A DNA stretch of 30,799 bases, from the NCBI GenBank assembly GCA_963815215.1, contig CAWFFU010000007.1:1-30799 (forward strand), given 5' to 3'. Positions 17,254-25,921 of this stretch are shown here, in pieces; the stretch's first letter is position 1, and each line of letters begins with the position of its first letter. The position numbers and the translations under genes were made by a program. The notes beneath the pieces were generated by a model. It was not told the DNA's origin and did no database searches. It saw only the letters and a program-made list of their open reading frames with translations. The stretch is from an uncultured Trueperaceae bacterium. Its GTDB lineage: Bacteria > Deinococcota > Deinococci > Deinococcales > Trueperaceae.

Positions 17254-19290
17254 TCAGCGCTGAGGCTGGGTCTTCATGCCCGGGATCATCTCCATCGCCG
17301 GATGCGTGCCGTAGAGCGATACGGTAGCCGGCGCCGCGCAGGTGTCGTTCGTATCGATATCCGGGTTCCCGCTGGTGGCGGTGTTGGTGCCGAAGGTGAC
17401 GGTGGCGTCGGTCGTGAGGTTGGTCGGAACGGTGCAGTAGTAGTGCTCGATCGCGCCGCCCCAGTCCGCGCTGTTGCCGTCGAAGTTCACGTTCGACAGG
17501 GTGGCCGTGCCGTTCGTGGCCAGGGCGAAGCCGCCGCCCAGGTCGCTCACGGTGTTGCCGGTGATGTCGGCGCCCGTGAACGAGAAGTCGCCGGCGTTAT
17601 ACGCCCCACCGCCGTAGGCGAAGGCCGAGAGCGTGTGGCTATAGGTGCTGTAGTCGGCGGTGTTGTTGCTGATGGGGCTGGCGGTCATCGTCATGGTGCC
17701 GCTGGCGTTGTAGATGCCCCCGCCCGAGTACTTCGCCACGTTGCTGTCGAAGGAGGTGTTGTTGACGGTGACGGTGCCGCCGTTGTTGTAGAGGCCGGCG
17801 CCGTAGCCGCCGTCGGACGGCGTCGTGGTGTACGTAGGGTCACTGCGGATGTCGAAGACGGTGCCCATCTCGCTGTCGAGCGTGATGGCCTGGTTGGCGT
17901 CGATATGACTGTTGGTGAGCGTCAGGGCGGCGCCGGCGCCGTTGAAGATGCCGCCGCCGAGCTCCCACGCGCGGTTACCGGTGACGGTGGAGTTGGACAC
18001 CGTGAGGGTGCCGTCGTTGAAGATGCCGGCGCCGTTGTAGATGAAGGTGCCGCCTTGGATCGTCAGGTGGTCGAGCTGCGCCGTGACGCCGGGAGCGACG
18101 AGGATCATCCGGGACTCCCAGGTGAAGGCGTCGGCGGCCGGCGTGCCGGAGGGCGCGGGCGAGACGCCGGTGAGCGTGACGCCGGCGGTCGGCCCGCTCA
18201 CGGTCACGTCGTCGCGGATGACCAGGTGCGAGTCGGGGCCGCCGGGGGGGTTATAGATGTCGACGCCCGAGATGTTGATGGAGGTGATGTCGGACGCGAA
18301 GCCGATGATGCTGCCGGAGGCGGCGTTGGCGATCTCGTAGCGCAGCGTGCCGGGGACGGGCGTCTCGGGTGTGAAGCCCTGCAGCATGTAGGGATCGTAG
18401 TCGGCGCTCGACGTGACCACGTTGGTGAGTGCGACGCTGGCGTGCGCCGTGCCGCCGGCGCCGTTCGCCACCACGCGGATGGTCTGCCGGGTGCTGGCGG
18501 GGATGTCGATGGTGGCCGTGGTGCCGGTGACGCCCGACTCGATGAGCTGCTGGTCGGTGCTGTCGGTGTTGAGGACGGCGTAGATGTCGAAGGTGGTGGC
18601 GTTGGTGGCCGACCAGCTCAGGTCGACCGTGCTGCCCATGCCGATGGGCGCCTGGAGGTTGGTGATGGTCGGCGCCGGCACCACCGTCACGTCGGCGGTG
18701 TCGGTGACGCTACCCTGGCTGTTCGTGGCCGTCAGCGTGTAGGTGACGGTCCCGGTCTGGGTGGGGGTCACGTCGACGGTGCCGGTGGGGGTCTGGGCGA
18801 TGGTGATGGCGTTGGTGCCGTCGCTCAGGCTCAGGCTGGCGGCGCCGCTGACGTCCCAGCTCAGCGTGGTGGTGCCGCCCGCACCGATGCTGGTCGGGCT
18901 CGCCGTGAAGCTGTTGATGGTCGGCGCTCCGGCCGGCACCACCGTGACCGTGATGGTCGCGGACTTGGTCTTGTCGACGGTGCTGGTGGCCGTGATCTTG
19001 GCCGTGCCGGTCTTGGTGCTGGACGCCGTGACCGTGCCGTCGCTGGCGACGGTGGCGACGGCGGTGGTGTCGCTCTTCCAGGTCACGGTCTTGGCGGCGC
19101 CGCCGAGCACCGTGACGGTGGCGGTCAGCTTCTTGGTGGTTCCCACGTTCATGGAAACGTTGCCGCCCACGATCGCCACCTTCACGACCGAAGGCGTGAC
19201 CGTCGTGGCGCAACCGGCGAACAGCACGACCAGGGCGACGATTGCCGCGAGGGTCGTGGACAGAGACAGCAGATGGTTCCTCTTCGGCAT
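17254..19290 (-). CDS. Thr-rich surface lipoprotein with Ig-like (Big_2) domains, a CSLREA-like segment and GG(G/A)I(Y/F)N beta-helix repeats
   Basis: Lipobox LFAGC, VTWKSDTTAVATVASDGTVTA (Big_2), PTINSFTASPTSI, PGTLRYEIANA, and GAGIFN/GGGIFN/GAGLYN/GGGIYN/GGAI repeats. GGAGGA at 19303-19308 suits ATG 19290 better than ATG 19302. Confidence 0.82.
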   Translation of the reverse strand: MPKRNHLLSLSTTLAAIVALVVLFAGCATTVTPSVVKVAIVGGNVSMNVGTTKKLTATVTVLGGAAKTVTWKSDTTAVATVASDGTVTASSTKTGTAKITATSTVDKTKSATITVTVVPAGAPTINSFTASPTSIGAGGTTTLSWDVSGAASLSLSDGTNAITIAQTPTGTVDVTPTQTGTVTYTLTATNSQGSVTDTADVTVVPAPTITNLQAPIGMGSTVDLSWSATNATTFDIYAVLNTDSTDQQLIESGVTGTTATIDIPASTRQTIRVVANGAGGTAHASVALTNVVTSSADYDPYMLQGFTPETPVPGTLRYEIANAASGSIIGFASDITSINISGVDIYNPPGGPDSHLVIRDDVTVSGPTAGVTLTGVSPAPSGTPAADAFTWESRMILVAPGVTAQLDHLTIQGGTFIYNGAGIFNDGTLTVSNSTVTGNRAWELGGGIFNGAGAALTLTNSHIDANQAITLDSEMGTVFDIRSDPTYTTTPSDGGYGAGLYNNGGTVTVNNTSFDSNVAKYSGGGIYNASGTMTMTASPISNNTADYSTYSHTLSAFAYGGGAYNAGDFSFTGADITGNTVSDLGGGFALATNGTATLSNVNFDGNSADWGGAIEHYYCTVPTNLTTDATVTFGTNTATSGNPDIDTNDTCAAPATVSLYGTHPAMEMIPGMKTQPQR

Positions 19291-19467
19291 GATACCCACC
19301 ATTCCTCCACATCACATGGAACGTGTCGCAACCACAGTGCGGACGCCTAAAAGCGTACTGAGCACCCGCCGTCCGCTGCGCTCATCCGTCACAGCACCAG
19401 ACGGTACCGTATCGAACGCTCCGAGGCGCCGCCGGCGGACCGCACAGCGCCGGCGACCGACGTGGCC

Positions 19468-19473
19468 TAGACT
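19468..19473 (+). promoter_or_regulatory. Possible -10 element TAGACT for the asnB operon
   Basis: Matches TAnnnT in the divergent intergenic region 110 nt before ATG 19584. No clear -35. Confidence 0.3.
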
Positions 19474-19583
19474 TGCACTGCGGGCCCCTTCGGCGGGGCC
19501 GTGAACGCCTCGGCCGACGTCATCGAGGGTGCCGACGCCCGGCGCCCGATCTGCAACCCCCGAGGGAGGACCGACCCCACCCC

Positions 19584-21605
19584 ATGTGCGGCATCGCTGG
19601 CATCCATGTTCCTACCGACCGCGCGCCTTCGCGCGACGTCCTGCTGGCGATGGCCGGCGAGCTGGCCCACCGCGGTCCGGACGGCGTCGGCCTGTATCTC
19701 GACGGCCGCTTGGGCATGGTCAACACGCGCCTGTCCATCATCGACCTGGCCGGCGGCGACCAGCCGCTCTCCAACGAGGACGGCCGCCTGTGGGTCATGC
19801 AGAACGGCGAGATCTACAACTACCCCGAGCTCACCGAGGAGCTCCGCGCCCTGGGCCACACCTTCGCCACCCGTTCCGACACCGAGGTCATCGTCCACGC
19901 CTACGAGCAGTGGGGTGAGGGCTGCCTCGAGCGGCTGAACGGTGAGTTCGCCTTCGCCATCTGGGACCGGGCGGCCCGCGAGCTGTTCCTGGCGCGCGAC
20001 CGGTTCGGCATCCGCCCCCTGTTCCTGGCCGAGTTCGGCGGCGAGATGGCGTTCGCCTCGGAGGCCAAGGCGTTGCTGCGGCACCCGCGCGCGGAGCGTC
20101 GCATCGACCCGTTCGCGGTGCTGGAGACCTTCACCCTGTGGGCGCCGCAGCCCGACCGCAGCGCCTTCCCCGGCATCCGCGAGCTGGCGCCTGGGCACTT
20201 CGTCCGGGTGTCCGACGCCGGCGCGGCGCCGCAACAGCGCTGGTGGGACCTGCGCTTCGGTCCCCGCGAGGGCGAACGCAGCGAGCGCCCCGAGGCCCTG
20301 GCCGAGGAGCTGGCCGGGCTGCTCGACGACGCCACCCGCATCCGGCTGCGCGCGGACGTGCCGGTGGGGGTGTACCTGAGCGGCGGTCTGGACTCCTCGG
20401 CCACGGCGGCGCTGGCGCGGCGTCACACATCGCGCGAGCTGCACGCCTTCGGCATCGGCTTCGAGGACGAGCGTTTCGACGAGAGCCGCTACCAGGACGA
20501 CATGGCGGAGGCGCTGGGGGTCTCCCTCAAGCGCATCACGGTGTCGGGGCGCGACGTGGCGGACGCCTTCCCCGAGGTGGTCCGCATGGCCGAGAAGCCG
20601 ATGCTGCGCACGGCGCCGGGGCCGCTGCTGCGGCTGTCGCGCTCGGTGCGCGAGGCCGGCCTCAAGGTGGTGCTGACCGGCGAGGGCGCCGACGAGGTCT
20701 TCGGCGGCTACAACATCTTCCGCGAGGCGATGGTGCGCCGCTTCTGGGCCCGCCGGCCCGAGTCCCGCCTGCGACCGGCGCTCCTCGGGCGCCTCTACCC
20801 CTACCTGGCGCGCGACCTCCGACGCGGCGGCGGCTTCCTGGCGGAGTTCTTCCGCGACGGTCTGGAGGATGTCGACGACCCGCTCTACAGCCACCGCCCC
20901 CGCTTCAAGACCACCGCCCGCAACCAGCGCTTCCTGAGCCCCGAAGTGCGGGCCTCGGCCGAGGCCGTGGGACAGCCGGAGGACCGCCTCCTCGCCCGCC
21001 TGCCGGCGGCGTTCGCCGCCATGGGCCCGCTGGGGCAGGCGCAGTACCTGGAGATCGCCACCTTCCTCGAGGGTTACCTGCTCCACTCCCAGGGCGACCG
21101 CATGCTGATGGCCAACTCGGTCGAGGGCCGTTTCCCGTTCCTCGACGTGCACGTCGCGGAGTTCGCCGCGCGGCTGCCCGAGCGCCTACGGCTGCGCGAC
21201 CTGCAGGAGAAGTACCTGCTGCGCAAGGCGGTGGCGCCGCTGCTGCCCGAAGCGGTGTGGAAGCGTCCCAAGCGGCCCTACCGCGCCCCCATCCTGCGCG
21301 CCTTCTTCGGGCCGCAGGCGCCACCCTACGTCCTGGAGCTGCTGGCGCCAGAGCGCATCGATGCCGACGGCCTGTTCGTGGGCCGGGCCGTGGAGCGGCT
21401 GACCGCGAAGTGCGAGCGCTACCTCGATACCGGCCTGAGCGAGAGCGACGAGATGGGCCTGGTGGGCGTGCTCTCGACCCAGCTGCTGGTGGACCAGCTG
21501 GTACGGTCCCCGCGCCTGGCGCCCCCCGCGGTGCCCACCCGGGTGGTCGTCGGGGCGACGGTGGAGCGGGGCGGCTCCGCCGCGCCGCCCCGAAGGAAGG
21601 ACTGA
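19584..21605 (+). CDS. asnB: Asparagine synthase (glutamine-hydrolysing) family amidotransferase
   Basis: N-terminal MCGIAG (Ntn Cys), HRGPDG, RLSIID, NGEIYNY, RDRFGIRPL, LSGGLDSS, LTGEGADEVFGGY, EGRFPFLD; GGAGGA RBS. Confidence 0.95.
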   Translation: MCGIAGIHVPTDRAPSRDVLLAMAGELAHRGPDGVGLYLDGRLGMVNTRLSIIDLAGGDQPLSNEDGRLWVMQNGEIYNYPELTEELRALGHTFATRSDTEVIVHAYEQWGEGCLERLNGEFAFAIWDRAARELFLARDRFGIRPLFLAEFGGEMAFASEAKALLRHPRAERRIDPFAVLETFTLWAPQPDRSAFPGIRELAPGHFVRVSDAGAAPQQRWWDLRFGPREGERSERPEALAEELAGLLDDATRIRLRADVPVGVYLSGGLDSSATAALARRHTSRELHAFGIGFEDERFDESRYQDDMAEALGVSLKRITVSGRDVADAFPEVVRMAEKPMLRTAPGPLLRLSRSVREAGLKVVLTGEGADEVFGGYNIFREAMVRRFWARRPESRLRPALLGRLYPYLARDLRRGGGFLAEFFRDGLEDVDDPLYSHRPRFKTTARNQRFLSPEVRASAEAVGQPEDRLLARLPAAFAAMGPLGQAQYLEIATFLEGYLLHSQGDRMLMANSVEGRFPFLDVHVAEFAARLPERLRLRDLQEKYLLRKAVAPLLPEAVWKRPKRPYRAPILRAFFGPQAPPYVLELLAPERIDADGLFVGRAVERLTAKCERYLDTGLSESDEMGLVGVLSTQLLVDQLVRSPRLAPPAVPTRVVVGATVERGGSAAPPRRKD

Positions 21606-21609
21606 CGCC

Positions 21610-23175
21610 ATGAAGCCCGTCCTGAAACCGAGATACGAACGCCTGCTCCACGACAGCCTGGCGCGGAGCGCCGCCGAGGTGCCCGACAAGGAAGCGGTGG
21701 TCACGGCCGACGAGCGCATCAGCTACCGCGAGCTCGACGAGCGCTCGCGGGCGCTGGCGCACGGGCTGCGCGAGCGCGGCGTGAGGCGCGGCGACCGGGT
21801 GGCCGTCTACCTCGAGAACAGCGCCACCGTGGTGGTCGGCGTGTACGCCGCGCTGCGGGCCGGCGCCGCCTTCATGGTCGTCAACCCGCAGACCAAGGCC
21901 GACAAGCTGCGCTACATCCTGAGTGACAGCGGCGCGGTCGCCCTGCTGACCGACGGTCGCCTGGCCCGCACGGTGGCGGAGGTGGTGGACGAGCTGCCGT
22001 CGCTCCACACCGTTGTGCTGCGGGGCCGCGCGACCGTGGAGGTGCCTCGCGCCGTCGACCTCGACGCGCTGACGGCGGCGGCGCCGGACGACGCCGCCGA
22101 CCCGGGCACCATCCCCCTCGACCTGGCGGCGCTCGTCTACACCTCGGGCAGCACCGGCAACCCCAAGGGGGTGATGCTGTCGCACCAGAACATGGTGTTC
22201 GCGCAGCAGAGCCTGTGCGACTACCTGCGCCTCGGCCGCGACGACCGCATCCTCGACGTGGTGCCGCTCGCCTTCGACTACGGGCTGTACCAGGCGCTGA
22301 TGAGCGTCCACCTGGGCGCCACGCTGGTGCTCGAGCCCTCCTTCGCCTTCCCCAACCAGGTGGTGCAGCGCGTCAACGAGGAGGCGGTCACGGTGCTCCC
22401 CGGCGTGCCCACGGTGTTCGCCACCCTGGTGTCGATGCATCGACACCAGCGCCTGTCGATGCCGACGGTGCGGCGCATCACCAACACGGCCGCGCACCTG
22501 CCCGACGACCACGTGCCGATGCTGCTGGAGATGTGTCCCGACGCCCTGGTCTACAAGATGTACGGGCTGACGGAGTGCAAGCGCGTGTGCTACCTGGAGC
22601 CCGAGCTGGCGCTGGTCAAGCCCCTGAGCGTCGGCAAGGCCATCCCGGGCACCGAGACGTCCGTCCTCGACGATCGCGGGCGTCCCGTGGCGCCCGGCGA
22701 GATCGGCGTTCTCCACGTGCGCGGCCCGCATGTGATGATGGGGTACTGGAACCTCCCCGATGCGACCGCGCACATGCTGAAGCCGGGGCCCTATCCCGGC
22801 GAGCGCATGCTCTGCACGCACGACTACTTCAAGACCGACGAGGACGGCTTCCTGTACTTCGTGGGTCGCAGCGACGACGTGATCAAGAGCCGGGGCGAGA
22901 AGGTGAGCCCGGTGGAGGTCGAGAACGCCCTGAGCGGGATCCCGGGCGTACGCGAGGCTGCCGTGGTGGGCGTGCCCGACGAGCTGATGGGGCAGGCGGT
23001 CCGCGCCTTCGTGGTGCTGGAGGAGGGCGCCGAGCTGGACGAGAGGGCGTTCCGCCGTCACTGTCTGGCGAGGCTGGAGAGCTTTATGGTGCCGAGAGAC
23101 GTCGTGTTCGTGGCCGATCTTCCCAAGACGGCCTCCGGCAAGGTCCGCAAACGGGATCTCGTCGAAGGGGTCTAG
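21610..23175 (+). CDS. Stand-alone adenylating enzyme (AMP-binding, ANL superfamily)
   Basis: YTSGSTGNPKG, PLAFDYG, YGLTE, FVGRSDDVIKSRGEKVSP and LPKTASGKV (catalytic Lys). Confidence 0.93.
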   Translation: MKPVLKPRYERLLHDSLARSAAEVPDKEAVVTADERISYRELDERSRALAHGLRERGVRRGDRVAVYLENSATVVVGVYAALRAGAAFMVVNPQTKADKLRYILSDSGAVALLTDGRLARTVAEVVDELPSLHTVVLRGRATVEVPRAVDLDALTAAAPDDAADPGTIPLDLAALVYTSGSTGNPKGVMLSHQNMVFAQQSLCDYLRLGRDDRILDVVPLAFDYGLYQALMSVHLGATLVLEPSFAFPNQVVQRVNEEAVTVLPGVPTVFATLVSMHRHQRLSMPTVRRITNTAAHLPDDHVPMLLEMCPDALVYKMYGLTECKRVCYLEPELALVKPLSVGKAIPGTETSVLDDRGRPVAPGEIGVLHVRGPHVMMGYWNLPDATAHMLKPGPYPGERMLCTHDYFKTDEDGFLYFVGRSDDVIKSRGEKVSPVEVENALSGIPGVREAAVVGVPDELMGQAVRAFVVLEEGAELDERAFRRHCLARLESFMVPRDVVFVADLPKTASGKVRKRDLVEGV

Positions 23176-23247
23176 GGAAGGCCGTCGGGGGGCGTCACGC
23201 GACACGGAGACTTGAATCCGAGCAGGAATGAAAGAGGGCGCGCAAGC

Positions 23248-23517
23248 ATGTCCGAGACCGAGCGAGACGTACGACAGTTCGTGGCCGACAACTTCATCCT
23301 CGACCGGGGAGCGGACGACCTCCCCGGGGACGAGTCGCTGACCCAGAGCGGCGTGCTCGACTCGATGGGCGTGCTCGAGCTGATCCTGTTCATCGAGGAG
23401 CGCTTCGGCGTCAAGGTCCCCGATGAAGACACCCTGCCCGCCAACCTCGATACCGTCGACAACATCGTCCGCTACGTGCAGGGGAGGCTCACGGGAGTGT
23501 CGGCGGCCGATGCCTGA
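23248..23517 (+). CDS. Acyl/aminoacyl carrier protein
   Basis: 89 aa, acidic, with the phosphopantetheine motif GVLDSMGVLELILFIEERFGV. Confidence 0.92.
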   Translation: MSETERDVRQFVADNFILDRGADDLPGDESLTQSGVLDSMGVLELILFIEERFGVKVPDEDTLPANLDTVDNIVRYVQGRLTGVSAADA

Positions 23518-24505
23518 AGCTCCGCCCCTGTCCGCCGACGCGCTGCGCCTCCCCGACCCGGAAGGCGCCGTCGAGACGATCGTGGAGGGCGTGCGCCGCG
23601 AGGTGCGCGGGTTCCGGCGCAAGGGAGCGGTGGTGGGGCTCTCCGGCGGGATCGACAGCACCGTGGTGGCCACGCTCGCCGCCCGCGCGTTCGGCCCGGA
23701 GAACGTGCTCGGCGTGCTCATGCCCGAGGCCGATTCGGCGCCGGACACGCTGTCGCTCAGCCGCCTGGCCGCCGAGAGCGCGGGCATCGAGACCGTGCTG
23801 GAGGACATCACGCCGCTGCTCGAGGCCTCGGGCTGCTACCGACGTCGTGACGAGGCGATCGCCCGCGTGCTCCCGGAGTACGACGCCAGCTGGAAGGCGA
23901 AGCTGGTGCTGCCGAGCGTGGTCGACACCGATCGCTACCGCATCTTCTCGGTGGTCGCCGAAGCGCCGGACGGCCGGCAACGCAGCGCCCGGCTGCCGCC
24001 GGCGGAGTACCTCCAGGTGGTGGCCGCCACCAACTTCAAGCAGCGCTGCCGCAAGATGATGGAGTACTACCACGCCGACAGGCTCAACTACGCGGTGATG
24101 GGGACGCCCAACCGGCTCGAGTACGACCAGGGGTTCTTCGTCAAGAACGGCGACGGTTCGGCCGACGTCAAGCCCATCGCCCACCTGTACAAGACGCAGG
24201 TCTACCAGCTCGCCGCCACCCTCGGCGTGCCCGAGGAGATCCGCTCCAGGCCCCCGACGACCGACACCTTCTCGATGCCGCAGAGCCAGGAGGAGTTCTA
24301 CTTCTCGCTCCCCTACGACAAGATGGACCTCTGCCTGTATGCGGTCAACCAGGGGCTCGGGCCCGAGGACGTGGCCGGGGCGGTGGGGCTGAGCGCCGAT
24401 CAGGTGCAGCGCGTGTTCCAGGACATCGCCGGCAAGCGGCGCATGAGCCGCTACCTCCACGCCTCGCCGCGACTGCTGGGTCCGGTCGAGGGCGTCCGAC
24501 CGTGA
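23510..24505 (+). CDS. nadE: NH3-dependent NAD+ synthetase-like protein (no glutaminase domain)
   Basis: VVGLSGGIDS PP-loop, NFKQR, GTPNRLE..QGFFVKNGDG, PIAHLYKTQVYQLA, PPTTD. The ATG at 23510 overlaps the end of the ACP gene. Confidence 0.88.
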   Translation: MPEAPPLSADALRLPDPEGAVETIVEGVRREVRGFRRKGAVVGLSGGIDSTVVATLAARAFGPENVLGVLMPEADSAPDTLSLSRLAAESAGIETVLEDITPLLEASGCYRRRDEAIARVLPEYDASWKAKLVLPSVVDTDRYRIFSVVAEAPDGRQRSARLPPAEYLQVVAATNFKQRCRKMMEYYHADRLNYAVMGTPNRLEYDQGFFVKNGDGSADVKPIAHLYKTQVYQLAATLGVPEEIRSRPPTTDTFSMPQSQEEFYFSLPYDKMDLCLYAVNQGLGPEDVAGAVGLSADQVQRVFQDIAGKRRMSRYLHASPRLLGPVEGVRP

Positions 24506-25662
24506 GCGGCGCCACGCCCGCGAACGCCACGCCCGCGAACGCCGCGACCGGCCTCGAAGCCGTACGGATCCGTCCGTTCGAGCCCTCCGACGCGCGCAGC
24601 GTGGCCTCGCTGTGGCAGTACTGGTTCCGGGACAAGACGCGCGAGCCGGCCCCGGGTCTCACCGAGCTGGTGACGCGCATCTACCACGACAACCCGAACC
24701 ACGACCCGGAGGTGCCTTCGCTGGTGGCGGAGGGCGAGGGTGGGCGCATGCTCGGCTTCCTGGGCGTGACGGTGACGCCCGTCAGCCTCGACGGCGCGCC
24801 CGCGACGCTCGCCTGCGTGTTCCCCTCGGTGGTCGACCCCGACGCCCCCACCACCCTGGCGAGCCTGCTGTTGCGCAAATCCCTGGCGGGCCCCCAGGCC
24901 TTCACCTTCAGCGATGGCGGGAACGTCAAGTTCGAGCGCATCTGGGAGCTGCTGGGGGGGAGGATCGCCCAGCTGCAGTCGTTGCGCTGGGTGAAGGTGC
25001 TCCGGCCGTTCGAGCTGGGCATCGACATGCTGGCGGAGCGCCGGCGCGGCGTGACGGCGTGGCGTTCGGCCGCGCCGCTGGCGCGCGGCGCTGACCTGGT
25101 GGCGCGCCGCGTCGCGCCCGGGAGGCTGGGCGCCCGGCGTTCGACGTTGCGGGCCGAGCCGCTCACCCCCGACACGCTGATCGAGGCCAACGCCGCCCTG
25201 AACGCCCGCATGCGGATGCGGCCGGAGTACCAGGCCGGCTACGTGCGCTGGCTGCTCGACGAGATGGCGCGCAACGACGAGCAGGGACGCTTCACGGCCA
25301 CGCTGGTGCGCGACGCGCGCGGCGGCGTGGCCGGCTGGTACGCCTACTATCTGCGGCCGGGCGGGGTCAGCCGGGTGTTCGCGCTGGAGGCGCACGAGCG
25401 CCGGCTCGACGAGGTGATCGACCACCTGTTCGGCGAGGCCGACGCCGGCGGAGCCGGCGGGCTCATCGGGCGGCTCGGCCCGCGGCTGCGCCGGCCCATG
25501 GCGGCCCGCGGCTGCCTGGTGCACGGGGGCGGCTCGTTGCAGATGGTGCACTCGCGTGACGCGGGTCTGGTGGACGACGCCCTGCTCGGGCGCCTGGCGT
25601 TCAGCCGGCTCGACGGCGAGAGCTGGTACTGGTGGCGCCTCATCGCCCGCCAGCTCCCCTGA
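24502..25662 (+). CDS. GNAT-like acyltransferase (probably two lobes)
   Basis: IRPFEPSDARSVASL N-terminus and LVAEGEGGRMLGFLG are typical GNAT strands; second lobe LVRDARGGVAGWYAYY. GTGA overlap with nadE. Confidence 0.65.
   Translation: MSGATPANATPANAATGLEAVRIRPFEPSDARSVASLWQYWFRDKTREPAPGLTELVTRIYHDNPNHDPEVPSLVAEGEGGRMLGFLGVTVTPVSLDGAPATLACVFPSVVDPDAPTTLASLLLRKSLAGPQAFTFSDGGNVKFERIWELLGGRIAQLQSLRWVKVLRPFELGIDMLAERRRGVTAWRSAAPLARGADLVARRVAPGRLGARRSTLRAEPLTPDTLIEANAALNARMRMRPEYQAGYVRWLLDEMARNDEQGRFTATLVRDARGGVAGWYAYYLRPGGVSRVFALEAHERRLDEVIDHLFGEADAGGAGGLIGRLGPRLRRPMAARGCLVHGGGSLQMVHSRDAGLVDDALLGRLAFSRLDGESWYWWRLIARQLP
24511..24540 (+). repeat. 2 x 15-bp repeat GCCACGCCCGCGAAC (ATPAN)2 at the GNAT N-terminus
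   Basis: Read directly. Confidence 0.85.
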
Positions 25663-25921
25663 CGCGGCCGTCGGGTGGCGGTCCGAACCTCAGTTGTCAC
25701 GGCGCTGTAAGAGTGGACTTGCAAGAATGCAGGTAGTTGAACGGACCGGAGTCCCTTGCGCTGCGAACTGCGTTGTGTATAGGGCACCCGGCGTCCAACT
25801 CGACCAGGCGGTGGGGGCGTCATTCGTTGCTGCGGAACCGGGAGTTCTCCATGTTTGCCATGGCCGTCATCTATTCCATCGTTATCCGAGGCCACGATCG
25901 TCTTGTGGAGGGCGTTGAAGC

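Noticed and set aside
20905..23811. 968-aa minus-strand ORF, and similar long ORFs at 3132-5288, 16969-19350, 25925-27952 and 28254-29924
   Set aside because: They are antisense shadows of well-supported genes. Stop codons are rare at this GC content and the translations show no recognisable motifs.
19584..25662. Lasso peptide or stand-alone NRPS cluster, suggested by the AsnB-like protein and ACP
   Set aside because: AsnB retains a full Ntn glutaminase domain, and there is no precursor peptide, B protein, condensation or thioesterase domain. The context is polysaccharide biosynthesis.
25807..25820. GGCGGTGGGGGCGT as an ops/JUMPstart antitermination element before the dehydratase
   Set aside because: It lacks the essential TAG of GGCGGTAG and is expected by chance in GC-rich DNA.
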